DNA from: an uncultured Methanomassiliicoccales archaeon
GTDB taxonomy: Archaea > Thermoplasmatota > Thermoplasmata > Methanomassiliicoccales > UBA472
DNA length: 64,000 bases
Assembly: GCA_963695345.1 (NCBI GenBank)
Contig: OY968769.1
Location: 576,001 to 640,000 of the forward strand
Reading direction: 5' to 3'
The notes under the pieces are model-generated. The model saw only the letters and a list, made by a program, of their open reading frames with translations, made no database searches and was not told the origin of the DNA. The position numbers were made by a program, and so were the translations under genes. Positions 8,781-22,264 of this stretch are shown piece after piece (the first letter of the stretch is position 1; each line of letters begins with the position of its first letter).

Positions 8781-11459
8781 TCACCGGGAACACATCGACC
8801 GCAGCATCTCCGGCACCTTGTCGAACGTACCGTGCAGCTTTTCCGGGTCCCCGCCGCCGCCGGTGGCGTACTCCTTCTTTCCGCCGCCGCCTCCGCCGAC
8901 CAGCTTCATGATCTCCTTCAGCGCCGCGCGGCAATCGATGTCCACGTCCGCGCTCTTGGAGACGAACACCTTGGCGCTCTTCTCCCGGACGCCGATGACC
9001 GCGATGACATTGGACATCTCGGACAGCAGCTTGGAAAGCTGTTCCGGGTTCTCGTCGCCATCGGTGATGTGCACCACAGCCCGGGTATTCCCGATCATGA
9101 CCGCCGACGCGGCAAGCTGCTTCGCCTTCATCTCGGTGTAGACGCTGGCGAACTGGTCCATGCGTTTCTTCTGGTCCCGCAGCTCGTTCGACAGCCGGTC
9201 CACGTTCTCGGCGATCTTGTCCGGGGTGGTGTTCAGCCGTTCGACCAGGTCCTCGACGATGCCCTTGTCCTTCTGTATCTCCCGCACCGCCGCCATTCCG
9301 GCGGTGTACTCGATCCTGACGATCCCGTCCTGGATCCTGTGGGTCCGCCGTATCCGGACCGGGCCCACCATGCCGGTGTGGTTGCAGTGCAGACCGCCGC
9401 ACGCCTCGGCGTCCAGTCCGACCACCTCGACGACCCGTATGATCTTGCCCGGGACAGCCCCGCCCTGGTAGAGCCGGTATCCGTGCAGTTTCTCGGCCAC
9501 GTCGCGCTGCATGAACCCGATGTTGATCTTCAGGTCATCCAGGACCACCTTGTTGACGTCCCGTTCCAGCTGGTCGCGCTGCTGCACGCTGAGGTTCTCG
9601 TAATGGGTTATGTCCAGCCGCGCCTCTTCCACCGACTTATGGGCACCGGCCTGCCAGACATGGTTCCCGAAAAGGGCCCGGGCGCAGCCGTTGATCAGGT
9701 GCGCGCCGGTATGGTGCCTCATCAGCTGGAGGCGCCTGTCCTTGTCGATGTGGCCCTTGACCGTGTCGCCGATATTCGGCAACGGACCATCGATGAAGTG
9801 CATGATGGCCGTCTTGGCCTTGATGACCTTGGTCACCCGGTGTCCGTTCAGCATGCCCAGGTCCCATTCCTGGCCACCGCCCTCCGGATAGAAGGCGGTC
9901 TGGTCCAGAACGATGCCGTCATTGTAGATGGCGATGACCCTGCCCTCGAACTCGGTCAGCTCGGCGTCCTCATAGTAGAGCATGCGGGTGTTCGGCATGC
10001 TCTCCGGGAACTCCTCTTTCTTGACCGCCTCCGCCTCTGGCTTCTCGTGCTTCTTGGCGACCTGCATGTAGAAATTGTCCGGGACATCGATCTGGTCCGG
10101 GGCGAACTCCTTGGCGATCTCCGGGTTCAGGCCGTGCGAGTCGTACAGGTCGATGAGCTTGTCCAGCGCCAGCTTCTCGCCCGACTTGAGGTCCTTGGTC
10201 ATCCGGGACACCAGCTGCTTGCCCCTGCCCAGGGTCTCGTAGTAACGGCCTTCCTCGACCTGCACCAGGTTCATGATGTCGTCGCGGTTCGCGTACAGCT
10301 CGGGGAATATCGGGCCGAAGTAGTCGATCTGCTTGCTGACCATGTCCGCGAGCCGCACGTCGATGCCCAGCGTGCGTATGGAACGGAGGGCGCGCCTGAC
10401 CAACATCCGGGCGAAGTAACCTTCCCGGACGTTCGAAGGCACGACCCCGTCGTTCAGGAGCATCATCAAGGCACGGGAGTGGTCGCAGACCACGTAGATG
10501 TCCTCCAGCGGGGTCACGATCTTCATCAGCTCCTCGTAGCTGATGCCGATCCTGGCGGCGGTCATCTCCCGTATCCGCCTGACGTCGGCGGCGGTCTTCA
10601 TGTTGGTCGCACCGGCCACCTTGCTGTACTCGGTGAGCACCGGAGAATCCGATGTCACGCCCACGATGTCCTTGAGCGCCTGGAGCACCGGGCCGAAGAC
10701 CGCCTCATAGGCGGACGACTTCCCCTGGGATACCCAGCAGATGCGTTCCAGCCCGTAGCCGGTGTCCACCACGGTCATGTTCATCGGCTTGCGCCCCTCG
10801 GGCGTGTCCCGGTACATCATGAACACGAGGGTAGCCACCTCGACCCCGTCCAGGATGACCTCCACGCAGGGTCCGGCGTTCCCTCCGCCCTCCCACCACT
10901 CCTCGATGTAGCGCATCTTGCGCGGATCGGTGCCAAGGCTTTCGGTGAAGAACCGGTGGCAAAGCTCGACCGTCCGGTCCTTGAAATAGATCTCCTTGCC
11001 CTCCTTGTTGAAGGCATGGTGGGCCAGCATCTCGAAGAACGTGAAGTGCCTGCCGGTCTTTCCGACGTTGTCGATGTCGTTGAATCGCACGCAGGTCTGG
11101 GAGATGGTGAGCGGGTTGGCCGGCGGGTCGATGACCCCGTTCAGCACCCAAGGCTGGAAATCGTAGATCGATGCCTGGGTGAAGAAGACGTCGTCCCTCC
11201 AGCGGGCCACGATCGGATAGCGTTTCACGCGCCCGTGACCGTTCTCCTCCATGAACCCGAGGTAGGCCTCCCGGGTCTCGTGCAGGGTCAGGACCTTGTT
11301 CATGGGTGAGTTGCCGATGAATGTGTATTCCTCGCACGGGGGCTCGCCGCAGCTGGGCCAATCGCCGAGGCTCCAGAAATGACGCCCGCACTTGGGGCAT
11401 TGCTTCCTGATGAATCCATTGTCCAGGAAGAACTTGAGATCGAACTCTGAAGCGGTCAT
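8781..11459 (-). CDS. alaS: Alanine--tRNA ligase
   Basis: Archaeal AlaRS: N-terminal Zn knuckle, HFTFFEMLAHHAFN, DTGYGLER, editing HxxxH and CGGLH motifs, GGGGGG C-Ala domain. Confidence 0.97.
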   Translation of the reverse strand: MTASEFDLKFFLDNGFIRKQCPKCGRHFWSLGDWPSCGEPPCEEYTFIGNSPMNKVLTLHETREAYLGFMEENGHGRVKRYPIVARWRDDVFFTQASIYDFQPWVLNGVIDPPANPLTISQTCVRFNDIDNVGKTGRHFTFFEMLAHHAFNKEGKEIYFKDRTVELCHRFFTESLGTDPRKMRYIEEWWEGGGNAGPCVEVILDGVEVATLVFMMYRDTPEGRKPMNMTVVDTGYGLERICWVSQGKSSAYEAVFGPVLQALKDIVGVTSDSPVLTEYSKVAGATNMKTAADVRRIREMTAARIGISYEELMKIVTPLEDIYVVCDHSRALMMLLNDGVVPSNVREGYFARMLVRRALRSIRTLGIDVRLADMVSKQIDYFGPIFPELYANRDDIMNLVQVEEGRYYETLGRGKQLVSRMTKDLKSGEKLALDKLIDLYDSHGLNPEIAKEFAPDQIDVPDNFYMQVAKKHEKPEAEAVKKEEFPESMPNTRMLYYEDAELTEFEGRVIAIYNDGIVLDQTAFYPEGGGQEWDLGMLNGHRVTKVIKAKTAIMHFIDGPLPNIGDTVKGHIDKDRRLQLMRHHTGAHLINGCARALFGNHVWQAGAHKSVEEARLDITHYENLSVQQRDQLERDVNKVVLDDLKINIGFMQRDVAEKLHGYRLYQGGAVPGKIIRVVEVVGLDAEACGGLHCNHTGMVGPVRIRRTHRIQDGIVRIEYTAGMAAVREIQKDKGIVEDLVERLNTTPDKIAENVDRLSNELRDQKKRMDQFASVYTEMKAKQLAASAVMIGNTRAVVHITDGDENPEQLSKLLSEMSNVIAVIGVREKSAKVFVSKSADVDIDCRAALKEIMKLVGGGGGGKKEYATGGGGDPEKLHGTFDKVPEMLRSMCSR

Positions 11460-11528
11460 CGCCGCATTATGAGACGGTTCTTATATGAACTTTTTTCACT
11501 CGGAGCCACGCCATAACGGGAACAATAT

Positions 11529-13164
11529 CTACGCTTCCTGGCGCCCTTTCCCTTCCTTCGAGGCGGGAAGGAAAAGCTCGTCGTTGCCGGCATAATCGAC
11601 CTTGGCGTCGATGACCGCCAATTCCCTGTTCTTGAGGCAGCGCCTAAGCGTTTCCTTGAGCTCATCCGCCGTTTCCACCCGATAGCCTTTGGCCCCGAAC
11701 GATTCCGCGTACCTGACGAAGTCTGGATTGGAGAAGTCACAGCCGTAGTCCCGGCCGCAGCTCCGTTTCATCTTGACCTTGATGAGCCCGAGGCCGGAGT
11801 CATTGAATATGATCGTGACGAAGTTCGTCCCGAGCCGCTTGGCCGTTTCCAGCTCCGCCGAGGTCATCATGAACCCGGCGTCCCCCACGACCGCCACCAC
11901 GTCCCGTTCCGGACGGCAGAGCTTGGCCGCCAGTGCGCCCGGCACGCCCACCCCCATGGTGATCAGGCCGTTAGGCAGAAGCAGCGTGTTCTCCCGGCGG
12001 ACCGGATAGTTGCGGGCGAACCAGATGAGATGCGCTCCGACGTCGGGAACGACGATGTCCCCCGGACCCATCACCTCCCGGACAGCCTTCACCGCGTTCT
12101 TCGGGTTCATCCCGGCCCCGTCCGGATGGAATGAATTGAGCTCCTCCCACAAACGGTCCCGGATGTCCGAGACCCAGCCATTCTTCGGAACGCCGATCCG
12201 GTAGAGCGACTTCAGCATGTACCTCAGTCCCCCCAGCACCTGGATGTTGACGTTCAGGTTGTGCGCGTATCCGACCGGGGCTTCGCCGATGTAGACGATG
12301 GTCTTCGCCTTCCCGACATTCCAGAACTGAGGCTGGAATTCCGGCGGGTCATATCCGGCCAGCATCACCACGTCCGCCTTTTCGAAAGCGGCCAATGCGG
12401 TATCGTAATTGCGCATCCCGACGGTGTTGAGGGAAAGGGGGTCCTCGAACGACATGATCCCGGAACCCATCCAGGTATGCGCCACCGGGATGTTCCAGGA
12501 CCGGGCGAACGCCTTGAGCTCCTTTCCCGCCTCGGCGCGAACGATACCGTGGCCGGCCAGGATCAATGGCCTCTCTGACCGGCTGAGCACCTCGGCGATC
12601 CGGCTGAGCGCTGACGACTCATGCCTGGTCCGGACGATCGGGCACACCGGAATCGGCTCCTCAGGGCAGTCCTGCCTCATGACGTCCTCGGGAAGCTCCA
12701 GCATCACCGGCCCGGGCCGCTCTCGGCGGGCAGTGTCGAACGCCTTGCGTACCAGCATCGGCACCGTCGCAGGATTTCGTACGCTCAGCGACTCCTTCGT
12801 GACCGGCTTGTATAGGTTGACCAGGTCGACGACCTGCTTCTGCGGCGGGTCCATCCGGCTCTGCCCCGCCTGGCCGCAAAGGGCGATAAGCGGGAGGTTG
12901 CTGAGGATACGCGTCGGCCACCCCGTTGACCATGTTGGTGGCGCCCGGCCCCAGTGTGGACAGGCAGACCCCCGGCTGGTTGGTGAGCCGGGCCTGCACC
13001 CCGGCCATGTAGGCCGCCGAGTTCTCGTGCTTGGTCAGGATGAACTCGATCGGGGAGTCGGCCAAGGCATCCATGGTGTCCATGTTCTCCTCGCCGGGAA
13101 TGCCGAAGACACGCTGGACCCCCTCGTTCTCTAGGCAGCTGACCAACACCCTGGACGCCTTCAT
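11529..13164 (-). CDS. Acetolactate synthase large subunit / ThDP-dependent enzyme (frameshift near 12900)
   Basis: VFGIPGEEN, HENSAAYMA, STLGPGATN, ThDP motif GDAGFMM...FNDSGLG. Confidence 0.88.
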
Positions 13165-13170
13165 GGTCTA

Positions 13171-14455
13171 TCACTCGAAAGTGTTCGCCCGGTCCCGGAA
13201 GAGCGCGTCCACGGCCTGATCGATGGCGGCCTTCACCGGTCCTTTGGCGGTGTATGATTGTATCGCATCCTCCTTCAGGTACTCCTTGGCGGGAGTCCCG
13301 ATGCTCATGCTGATCACCACATCGCAACCCTGGAGCGACCTCGGCCAGCATCTCCAGCTTTCCTTTGTGGGCATTCCCTAGCATGGCCACGTTGGGGAGA
13401 TTGTCCACCTCGATCGGTTCCATTTCCGTTATCACTGCACCCGTCCACCTGAAAGACGAAGAACTTCTTGGCCTGACCAAAATGCAGGTCCACTTCTTTC
13501 CCGGTCGTCGAGGCCACCGCCACCTTGTAGACGTTGTCTCCTTGCATCTGGACCTGGACCGGGCCCTTGAGCGGCACGTCCCTCGCCTGGCAGGTAAAGT
13601 GGGCGAATTCGGCGGACCGGTCCTCTCCGAGCAGTCCGATAGCGTCCGCCCGGCAGAAGCGGCAGTGCCTCATCTGTTTTATGTCCGGCTCGCACAGGTC
13701 CTGCAGTTTCTTCCGCTGCTCCGCCGTCGGTGCCTTGAGCTCGGCGAACTTGGTGCCCGGGACCGGTATCATCGGGATGATGTTGACGACGTACGCGCCC
13801 AGCGATTTCACCTTCTTCGCCACTTCGGGGATGTGGTCGTCGTTGATGCCGGCGACCATGACGGTGTTGACCTTGACCAGCATCCCGGCGGCCACTGCCT
13901 TCCTTGATGCCTTCCATCTGGTTCTCGATCAGCTTCGCCGCGGCCGCCTCTCCCCTTAACGTCTTTCCTTCCCAGACGACGAAATCGTAGATCTTCGCCC
14001 CGACCTTCGGGTCGATGGCGTTGACGGTCACGGTTATGAACTTGATCCCCAGCGCCTTGAGCCGGTCCACTGACGCCGGCAGCATCAGCCCGTTCGTGCT
14101 CAGGCACAGGGTCAGCTCGGGGAACTCCTGGCCGACCAGCTCCAGCGTGCGGAACGTCTCCTCGTTGGCCAGCGGGTCTCCGGGACCGGCAATGCCGATG
14201 ACGCTCAGGTATGGTATCTTTTCCTTCACGTACCGGATCTTCTCGACCGACTGCTTCGGCCGTGAGCAGTTCGCTCGTCACGCCCGGGCGGGATTCGTTG
14301 GTGCAGTCGTACTTCCGGTTGCAGTAATTGCATTGGATGTTGCATCTCGGCGCTACCGGCAGGTGCATCCGGGCAAACTTCGTATGAGCCTTCTCGGAAT
14401 AGCAGGGATGCGTATCCAGCATGGCCCTTGTTTCTGCGGTCATCTTGTCTTCCAT
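13171..14455 (-). CDS. nifB: NifB-type radical SAM protein with C-terminal NifX/NifB domain (several frameshifts)
   Basis: [50 protein letters not shown], then [16 protein letters not shown] NifX-like domain. Confidence 0.88.
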
Positions 14456-14519
14456 GTGCTCGGTTCCTCATTGGATAGGCGGGCTATTGAATACTATCGT
14501 CATTTTCTACGATGTATCT

Positions 14520-14533
14520 GGAACACCTTTTCG
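14520..14533. promoter_or_regulatory. Possible NrpR-type nitrogen operator upstream of nifB
   Basis: GGAA-CACCTT-TTCG, one mismatch to the methanogen NrpR consensus GGAA-N6-TTCC, about 65 bp upstream of the nifB start. Confidence 0.4.
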
Positions 14534-14591
14534 GAGGAGGCGTATCGCTTTCGGTGACATTTTTCTACTTGGTTCCGCCATCATTGTGGAG

Positions 14592-14990
14592 ATGGAAGAC
14601 GAACGGGTGATGGCGAAGCTCCTGCAGAGCATGAACGAGCACATCCCTCCGAAGAGGAAGTCGATCGCTGACATGCTCGATGAGACCGACCCGTTCTACG
14701 AGGGGAAGGACGGGAGAAGGTACAGTGTCTCCAAGGACGAGCTGAGGAAGTTGGCGTCGTTCGCCGACCCCTGGGACCTTGACCGGATCAAGATCCCCAT
14801 TCTCCTTATGACCGACACGAGCTATGGCTCCGGATATTGGAAGATCATCGGAAAGGCCGAGACGATCCTCGTCTCCCGGTTGATCGACCGGGAACCGGAG
14901 AAGGTCGACGAGATCCTCATTTTCTACCCGCAGCTGAACGACCTGCGCAGGCAGTTCCCCACGACGACCAATGCGATGTACATGCCTTGA
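14592..14990 (+). CDS. DUF61-family archaeal protein
   Basis: MNEHIPPKRKSIADMLDE..P..GKDG, IKIPILL, LRRQFPTTT pattern. Confidence 0.75.
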   Translation: MEDERVMAKLLQSMNEHIPPKRKSIADMLDETDPFYEGKDGRRYSVSKDELRKLASFADPWDLDRIKIPILLMTDTSYGSGYWKIIGKAETILVSRLIDREPEKVDEILIFYPQLNDLRRQFPTTTNAMYMP

Positions 14991-15398
14991 CCGGTCGAAA
15001 GCTATCGCTGACCCATGGATTGATGAAAAACATCCAGGATATTTGTGCATGGAAGAGCTCGAACGCAACCTGTCCTTCCACCTGATTGATGGTCCGCTAT
15101 TGCGGGTCTAATGAAATTCTGAGCTCTACAATAATTCCGGAGCTCAGCGAACAACAGAACTGAAGGCAGCGCTTTCGCTGATCCATCAGATCTTCAATAA
15201 GAAAAAGATCTTTGATTATGCTAATGGAAGAATCATACGCAATTCGTGCAGTCCCACCTGTTGACTGCACGAGAATATTACTGTCTCAGGAAAAATCAAT
15301 CCCGTTCAAAACATTGTACAATTCGAAAGAGCAGTTACACTGACCTATCAAATATTGATTAAAAATTGAAAGAAATTGATTTTTTGGAAGAGTTAGGT

Positions 15399-15425
15399 AT
15401 ACGCAACCTGTGTAACGGCTAAGCC
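15399..15425 (-). other. 3' arm of the 23S processing stem with bulge-helix-bulge motif
   Basis: Pairs with 18396-18422: 12-bp helix, 3-nt bulge, 4-bp GACG/CGUU helix, 3-nt bulge, 8-bp helix. Confidence 0.85.
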
Positions 15426-15454
15426 AAAGCCTACCATTGCTGGTAAGCGGACAG

Positions 15455-18383
<2,929 letters not shown>

Positions 18384-18395
18384 TATTTTACTGTC

Positions 18396-18422
18396 GGCTT
18401 AACACACGTCCAGGTTGCGTAT
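18396..18422 (-). other. 5' arm of the 23S processing stem (BHB)
   Basis: Minus-strand ATACGCAACCTG-GACG-TGT-GTTAAGCC is complementary to the 3' flank. Confidence 0.85.
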
Positions 18423-18574
18423 GATTGGTAATCACCGAATAGTCGAGAACTCTTCCAAATCTCGACCTTCTCTACCACTTCCCCGGCGAAAGGTTATTTC
18501 CCGGGTGCATTGAGCATAATTTTCACGAGCCAGATATTCTTTTTCCGGCTGCGTTGAAATCCCCATATTTGAGG

Positions 18575-18682
18575 GGATATATAAACGTTGCCATCTTCAT
18601 CGACCTTTTTATTGGCAGCGTCCTTTCTTGCCTGTTTGGGCAAGGTAACCCCCTCACCGAGGATTAGATATTTAAGGCTTTC
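18575..18682 (-). promoter_or_regulatory. Tandem promoters of the 23S rRNA gene
   Basis: Minus-strand TTTATATA near 18578-18587 and AAAGCCTTAAATA near 18668-18681. Confidence 0.5.
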
Positions 18683-18843
18683 TCAGAAGGGTGTTTCACA
18701 CCTTTTCTGGCCTTGCTTCATGGTTTCTACATGAGCTCGGTAGACTAACACTTGCCTAGATTAATAGGTTACGATGAGGGCGGCTATTCGAGTAACTGCA
18801 CATCCCCTCATAGCCAGGGCGTAAATGGGGGCGGTTCTCGCCC

Positions 18844-19728
18844 TTACTCGGTCGATTTGATGGCGGCCGCGATCAACTTCGGAATGACCGATATCCGGGT
18901 GGCCACGTCCACCCCCGCCTCGCTCAATCTCCGGACCTTGTCCTCGGCCAGGCCAGTACCTCTTGAGATGATCGCCCCGGCATGTCCCATTCTCTTTCCG
19001 GCAGGCGCGGTCATCCCGGCCACGAAGGACACCACCGGCATGGATAGATTCTTTAGGATGAAATCAGCCGCCATCTCCTCGGAGGCCCCGCCGATCTCCC
19101 CGATCAGCACGATGCCCTTGACATCCTGCTTCTCCTTGCACATTCTCAATGCGTCGACCATGCTGGTGCCAGTAACCGCATCCCCGCCGATCCCTATGCA
19201 AAGGGCCTGCCCTATCCCTGCGTCAGTTAACGACTGGACGACCTCATAGGTCAGGGTTCCGCTCCGGGAGACTACGCCGACCGGACCGGCCATGAATATG
19301 GAATTGGGCATGATGCCCAGTTTGATCGTTCCAGGTATGGCGATTCCGGGTGAGTTTGGACCAATGACGGTGACCCCCATGGATCTGGCATATTGCGCGA
19401 TGCGTACCGTGTCCAGCGGGGGGACATGCTCAGTCACCATGACAATGGTCTTGATACCGCCTTCGATCGCCTCGAAGGCGGCCTCTTTCGCGTGTGGGGC
19501 TGGGACGAAAATAACGGATGCCTCCGCCCCGAACTCTCTCACGCATTCATGCACCGTATCCCTTACCGGAGTCCCGTCATCCAGAGTGCCCGCCCTTCCT
19601 GGTGAGACACCGGCGACTATGTTGGTCCCGAACTGCTTCATGGCCGTGGTATGTATTTTGCCCTGGTGCCCAGTTATTCCTTGGACGATCACCGGCAATC
19701 CTAGGGTCAGGGTCAGATCGTATCTCAC
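18844..19728 (-). CDS. sucD: Succinate--CoA ligase (ADP-forming) alpha subunit
   Basis: VQGITG, IGPNSPG, SRSGTLTYE, GIGGD, GEIGG, phospho-His motif MGHAGA. Confidence 0.9.
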   Translation of the reverse strand: MRYDLTLTLGLPVIVQGITGHQGKIHTTAMKQFGTNIVAGVSPGRAGTLDDGTPVRDTVHECVREFGAEASVIFVPAPHAKEAAFEAIEGGIKTIVMVTEHVPPLDTVRIAQYARSMGVTVIGPNSPGIAIPGTIKLGIMPNSIFMAGPVGVVSRSGTLTYEVVQSLTDAGIGQALCIGIGGDAVTGTSMVDALRMCKEKQDVKGIVLIGEIGGASEEMAADFILKNLSMPVVSFVAGMTAPAGKRMGHAGAIISRGTGLAEDKVRRLSEAGVDVATRISVIPKLIAAAIKSTE

Positions 19729-20858
19729 TCGACCATCTCCTGTTTCAGCATGACAATCGCGGATTCCAGGTCCCGGGTGAAGGGGATCTCGGCCGTTCTG
19801 AGCATCTCCTCGGCCTTGTCCTCATTCACCCCCCTTAGCCTCACCACCATCGGTATGTCCGGGGCCGATGAGGCAATGGATTTGATGACACCCTCCGCCA
19901 CGGTATCACAGCGGGTAATGCCCCCGAAGACACTGACCAGCAATGCCTTTGGCCGCGGTCTGGACCTCTCGCCTATCGCGAGATCAATAGCGGTGGCCAC
20001 CTGGCCCGGATCGTCAGTCCCTCCCAGATCCACGAACAGCCCCCCGTGAAGCCCGTTCAGCTCCAACAAGTCCAACGTGGCCATGGTCAGTCCGGCTCCG
20101 TTTGCCACCACCGCAACCTCTCCCTCAAGCTGCACCAGGTTGACGCCGGATATCCGGGCCTCTCTTTCCAGATCGGTCAGGTCACGGCCGAGAAGCTTAT
20201 CGAACCCGTGCTGCCGGAAGCCCGCGTCATCGTTCAGGATGACCTTGGCATCCGCTGCGATCATTTCGCCATTCTCCGTGACAATAAGCGGATTGATCTC
20301 GACCAGGTCGCAGTCCTTCTGCAGGTAAAGACCCCACAGGGACCCGATGACCATTCCGAGCTGTGCCTCCATGGTCTCTTCGATGCCGAGGAATCGACTC
20401 ACTCCCCGCGTCACGTAATCCCCTATGTCGATAAAAGGTGAAAGGGGCCAGGTGGCGATCTGTGAAGTGGGGACGTTCTCGATGTCGATCCCCCCCTTGG
20501 AACTTGCCATAAGGGAAGGCACCCCCAGGCGGGGGTCGATCGTGACCGCAAGATAGATCTCGCTTTTCACCTCACGGACCATTTCCTCGATCAGGACCGC
20601 ATTGACCGGAAGCCCTTTCACTTGGATATTGAATATGTTACGCGCCGCTGCGATCGCCTCGTCGACGGTCATCGCCGTGACCACGCCCCCGGCCTTTCCT
20701 CTTCCCCCGGTGAGCACTTGGGCCTTGACCATGACCGGCATCTCCAGATGGTCGAGGCAGGAACGGATCTGGTAGAATGAATTGCATGCTTTTCCCTTTG
20801 GAACCCGGATCCCATATTGTCGGAACAGTTCCTTGCCCTCTGTCTCGTAGAGTTTCAT
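19725..20858 (-). CDS. sucC: Succinate--CoA ligase beta subunit
   Basis: MKLYE.EGK, KAQVLTGGRGKAGG, EINPL, NGAGLTMAT.D, FGGITRCD. Confidence 0.9.
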   Translation of the reverse strand: MKLYETEGKELFRQYGIRVPKGKACNSFYQIRSCLDHLEMPVMVKAQVLTGGRGKAGGVVTAMTVDEAIAAARNIFNIQVKGLPVNAVLIEEMVREVKSEIYLAVTIDPRLGVPSLMASSKGGIDIENVPTSQIATWPLSPFIDIGDYVTRGVSRFLGIEETMEAQLGMVIGSLWGLYLQKDCDLVEINPLIVTENGEMIAADAKVILNDDAGFRQHGFDKLLGRDLTDLEREARISGVNLVQLEGEVAVVANGAGLTMATLDLLELNGLHGGLFVDLGGTDDPGQVATAIDLAIGERSRPRPKALLVSVFGGITRCDTVAEGVIKSIASSAPDIPMVVRLRGVNEDKAEEMLRTAEIPFTRDLESAIVMLKQEMVE

Positions 20859-20976
20859 GTTCTCCGATAATACAAGCGACTGGAATGGTATAACGACTTT
20901 GTCTTTTGATTATGTTAAACAAGTTGAGCAAAAGCCCCTCAAAAGTATAAATAGAGAGATTAACTTTCGAAAATTG

Positions 20977-21619
20977 ATGCCGATCCTGAGCATTGCTGGA
21001 ATGGGTCCAGATTCGAACATCTTCCTGGTTACGGGGGAAGACCCATTCGTAGTGGACACGGGAACCGGTTCCAATCACGCAAAGGTTCTGGCAAAGCTCC
21101 GCTCCCTGTCGAAGGGAAAGATGCCGAACCGCATCATACTCACCCACCGGCACTACGATCACGTCGGGGGGGCGGCCAAACTCTCCCATGAGCTGGACGC
21201 AGAAGTTTACATCCATGAGCTGGACGCAGGGGCGGTCGAGAGGGCGGACCTCCGCGCCACCGCGGCCCATTTTTACACGAGCAGGATGGACCCGGTCAAG
21301 ACCAATCACCTGAACGGGGGAGAGGTCTTCGAGACCGGCGACCATCGCTTCGAGGTGGTGCACACGCCGGGTCACACCATCGGAGGGATATGCTCTGTTC
21401 GATAGGGGCAGCGGAGACCTTATCAGCGGTGACACGGTATTCGTCGGCGGGGTCGGCCGGTGGGACCTGGAAAGCGGGAACCGCAAGGAGCTTGTGGCTT
21501 CCGTGAAAAACCTTATAGGCCTGAGTCCCAAGGCACTTTATCCGGGACATGGCGAGAGCACAGACGTCGACGTGGCCATGGTCGTCAAGGACGCATTGAC
21601 ATACCTGGGGGAAATCTAG
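20977..21619 (+). CDS. MBL-fold metallo-hydrolase (frameshift near 21395)
   Basis: THRHYDHVGG, HTPGHT, SGDTVF..GVGRWDL, LYPGHG after frame correction; ends in TAG at 21617-21619. Confidence 0.85.
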
Positions 21620-22264
21620 ATGGAAATATTCAAGGGCATTGCAAATGACGGAAAGGTATGCGAGATACAGGACGATAAGTTTGAGATGGTGGTATCGGAG
21701 CTGCGTTCCGGTCACTTGATCGTGTATCCCACAGAGACCATCTATGGACTCGGTGCCGACCCGTTCGATGAACTGGCGGTCAAGCGCGTGTTCAAGGCAA
21801 AGAAGCGCCCTTATGATATGCCGCTCTCCATCGCGGTGAGCAACTCCCGGATGCTGGAGGAGCTGGCGTTCGTCGACGACCGCGCCCGCAGGCTGATCGA
21901 GCACTTTCATGCCCGGGCCTCTGACGCTGCTATTGCAGAAGAAGCCCGTAGTTCCGGACATGGTGTCCGCCGGTTCCCCGGAGGTCGGTATCAGGATCCC
22001 GGACCACCCGTTCGCATTGAAACTGATCGACGAGTTCGGTCCCATCATCTCGACCAGCGCCAACCTTCACTCGCAGGCCGAACCCTATCACCTGCCAGAG
22101 CGCGCTCGAGGACCTGGGCGAATCGGTCTCCATCTATGTCGATTGCGGGCCCAGCCCGATCGGCAAGCCATCCACCATCGTTCAGCTTCTCGAAGGCGAC
22201 GTCGAGGTCATAAGACCCGGGTGCGATCCCCATCGAGAAGGTCGAGGCTGTGCTACATGGATGA
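21620..22264 (+). CDS. sua5: Threonylcarbamoyl-AMP synthase Sua5/YrdC (frameshifted)
   Basis: YPTETIYGLGA, KKRP...PLS, PGPLTL, GIRIPDH, STSAN. Confidence 0.9.

Noticed and set aside
324-11309. Very long antisense/overlapping ORFs (e.g. 324..2555 minus, 8631..11309 plus)
   Set aside because: Shadow frames of GC-rich genes (polC, alaS) with no recognisable motifs; expected from codon bias
18770-18845. Hairpins ATGAGGG/CCCTCAT and GGGCG/CGCCC after sucD, considered as a fluoride riboswitch or guide RNA
   Set aside because: Lacks the riboswitch pseudoknot consensus and clear C/D or ACA boxes; no suitable downstream gene
21186-21229. 17-bp direct repeat CCATGAGCTGGACGCAG
   Set aside because: Only two copies inside the MBL coding sequence (HELDA twice); not an array
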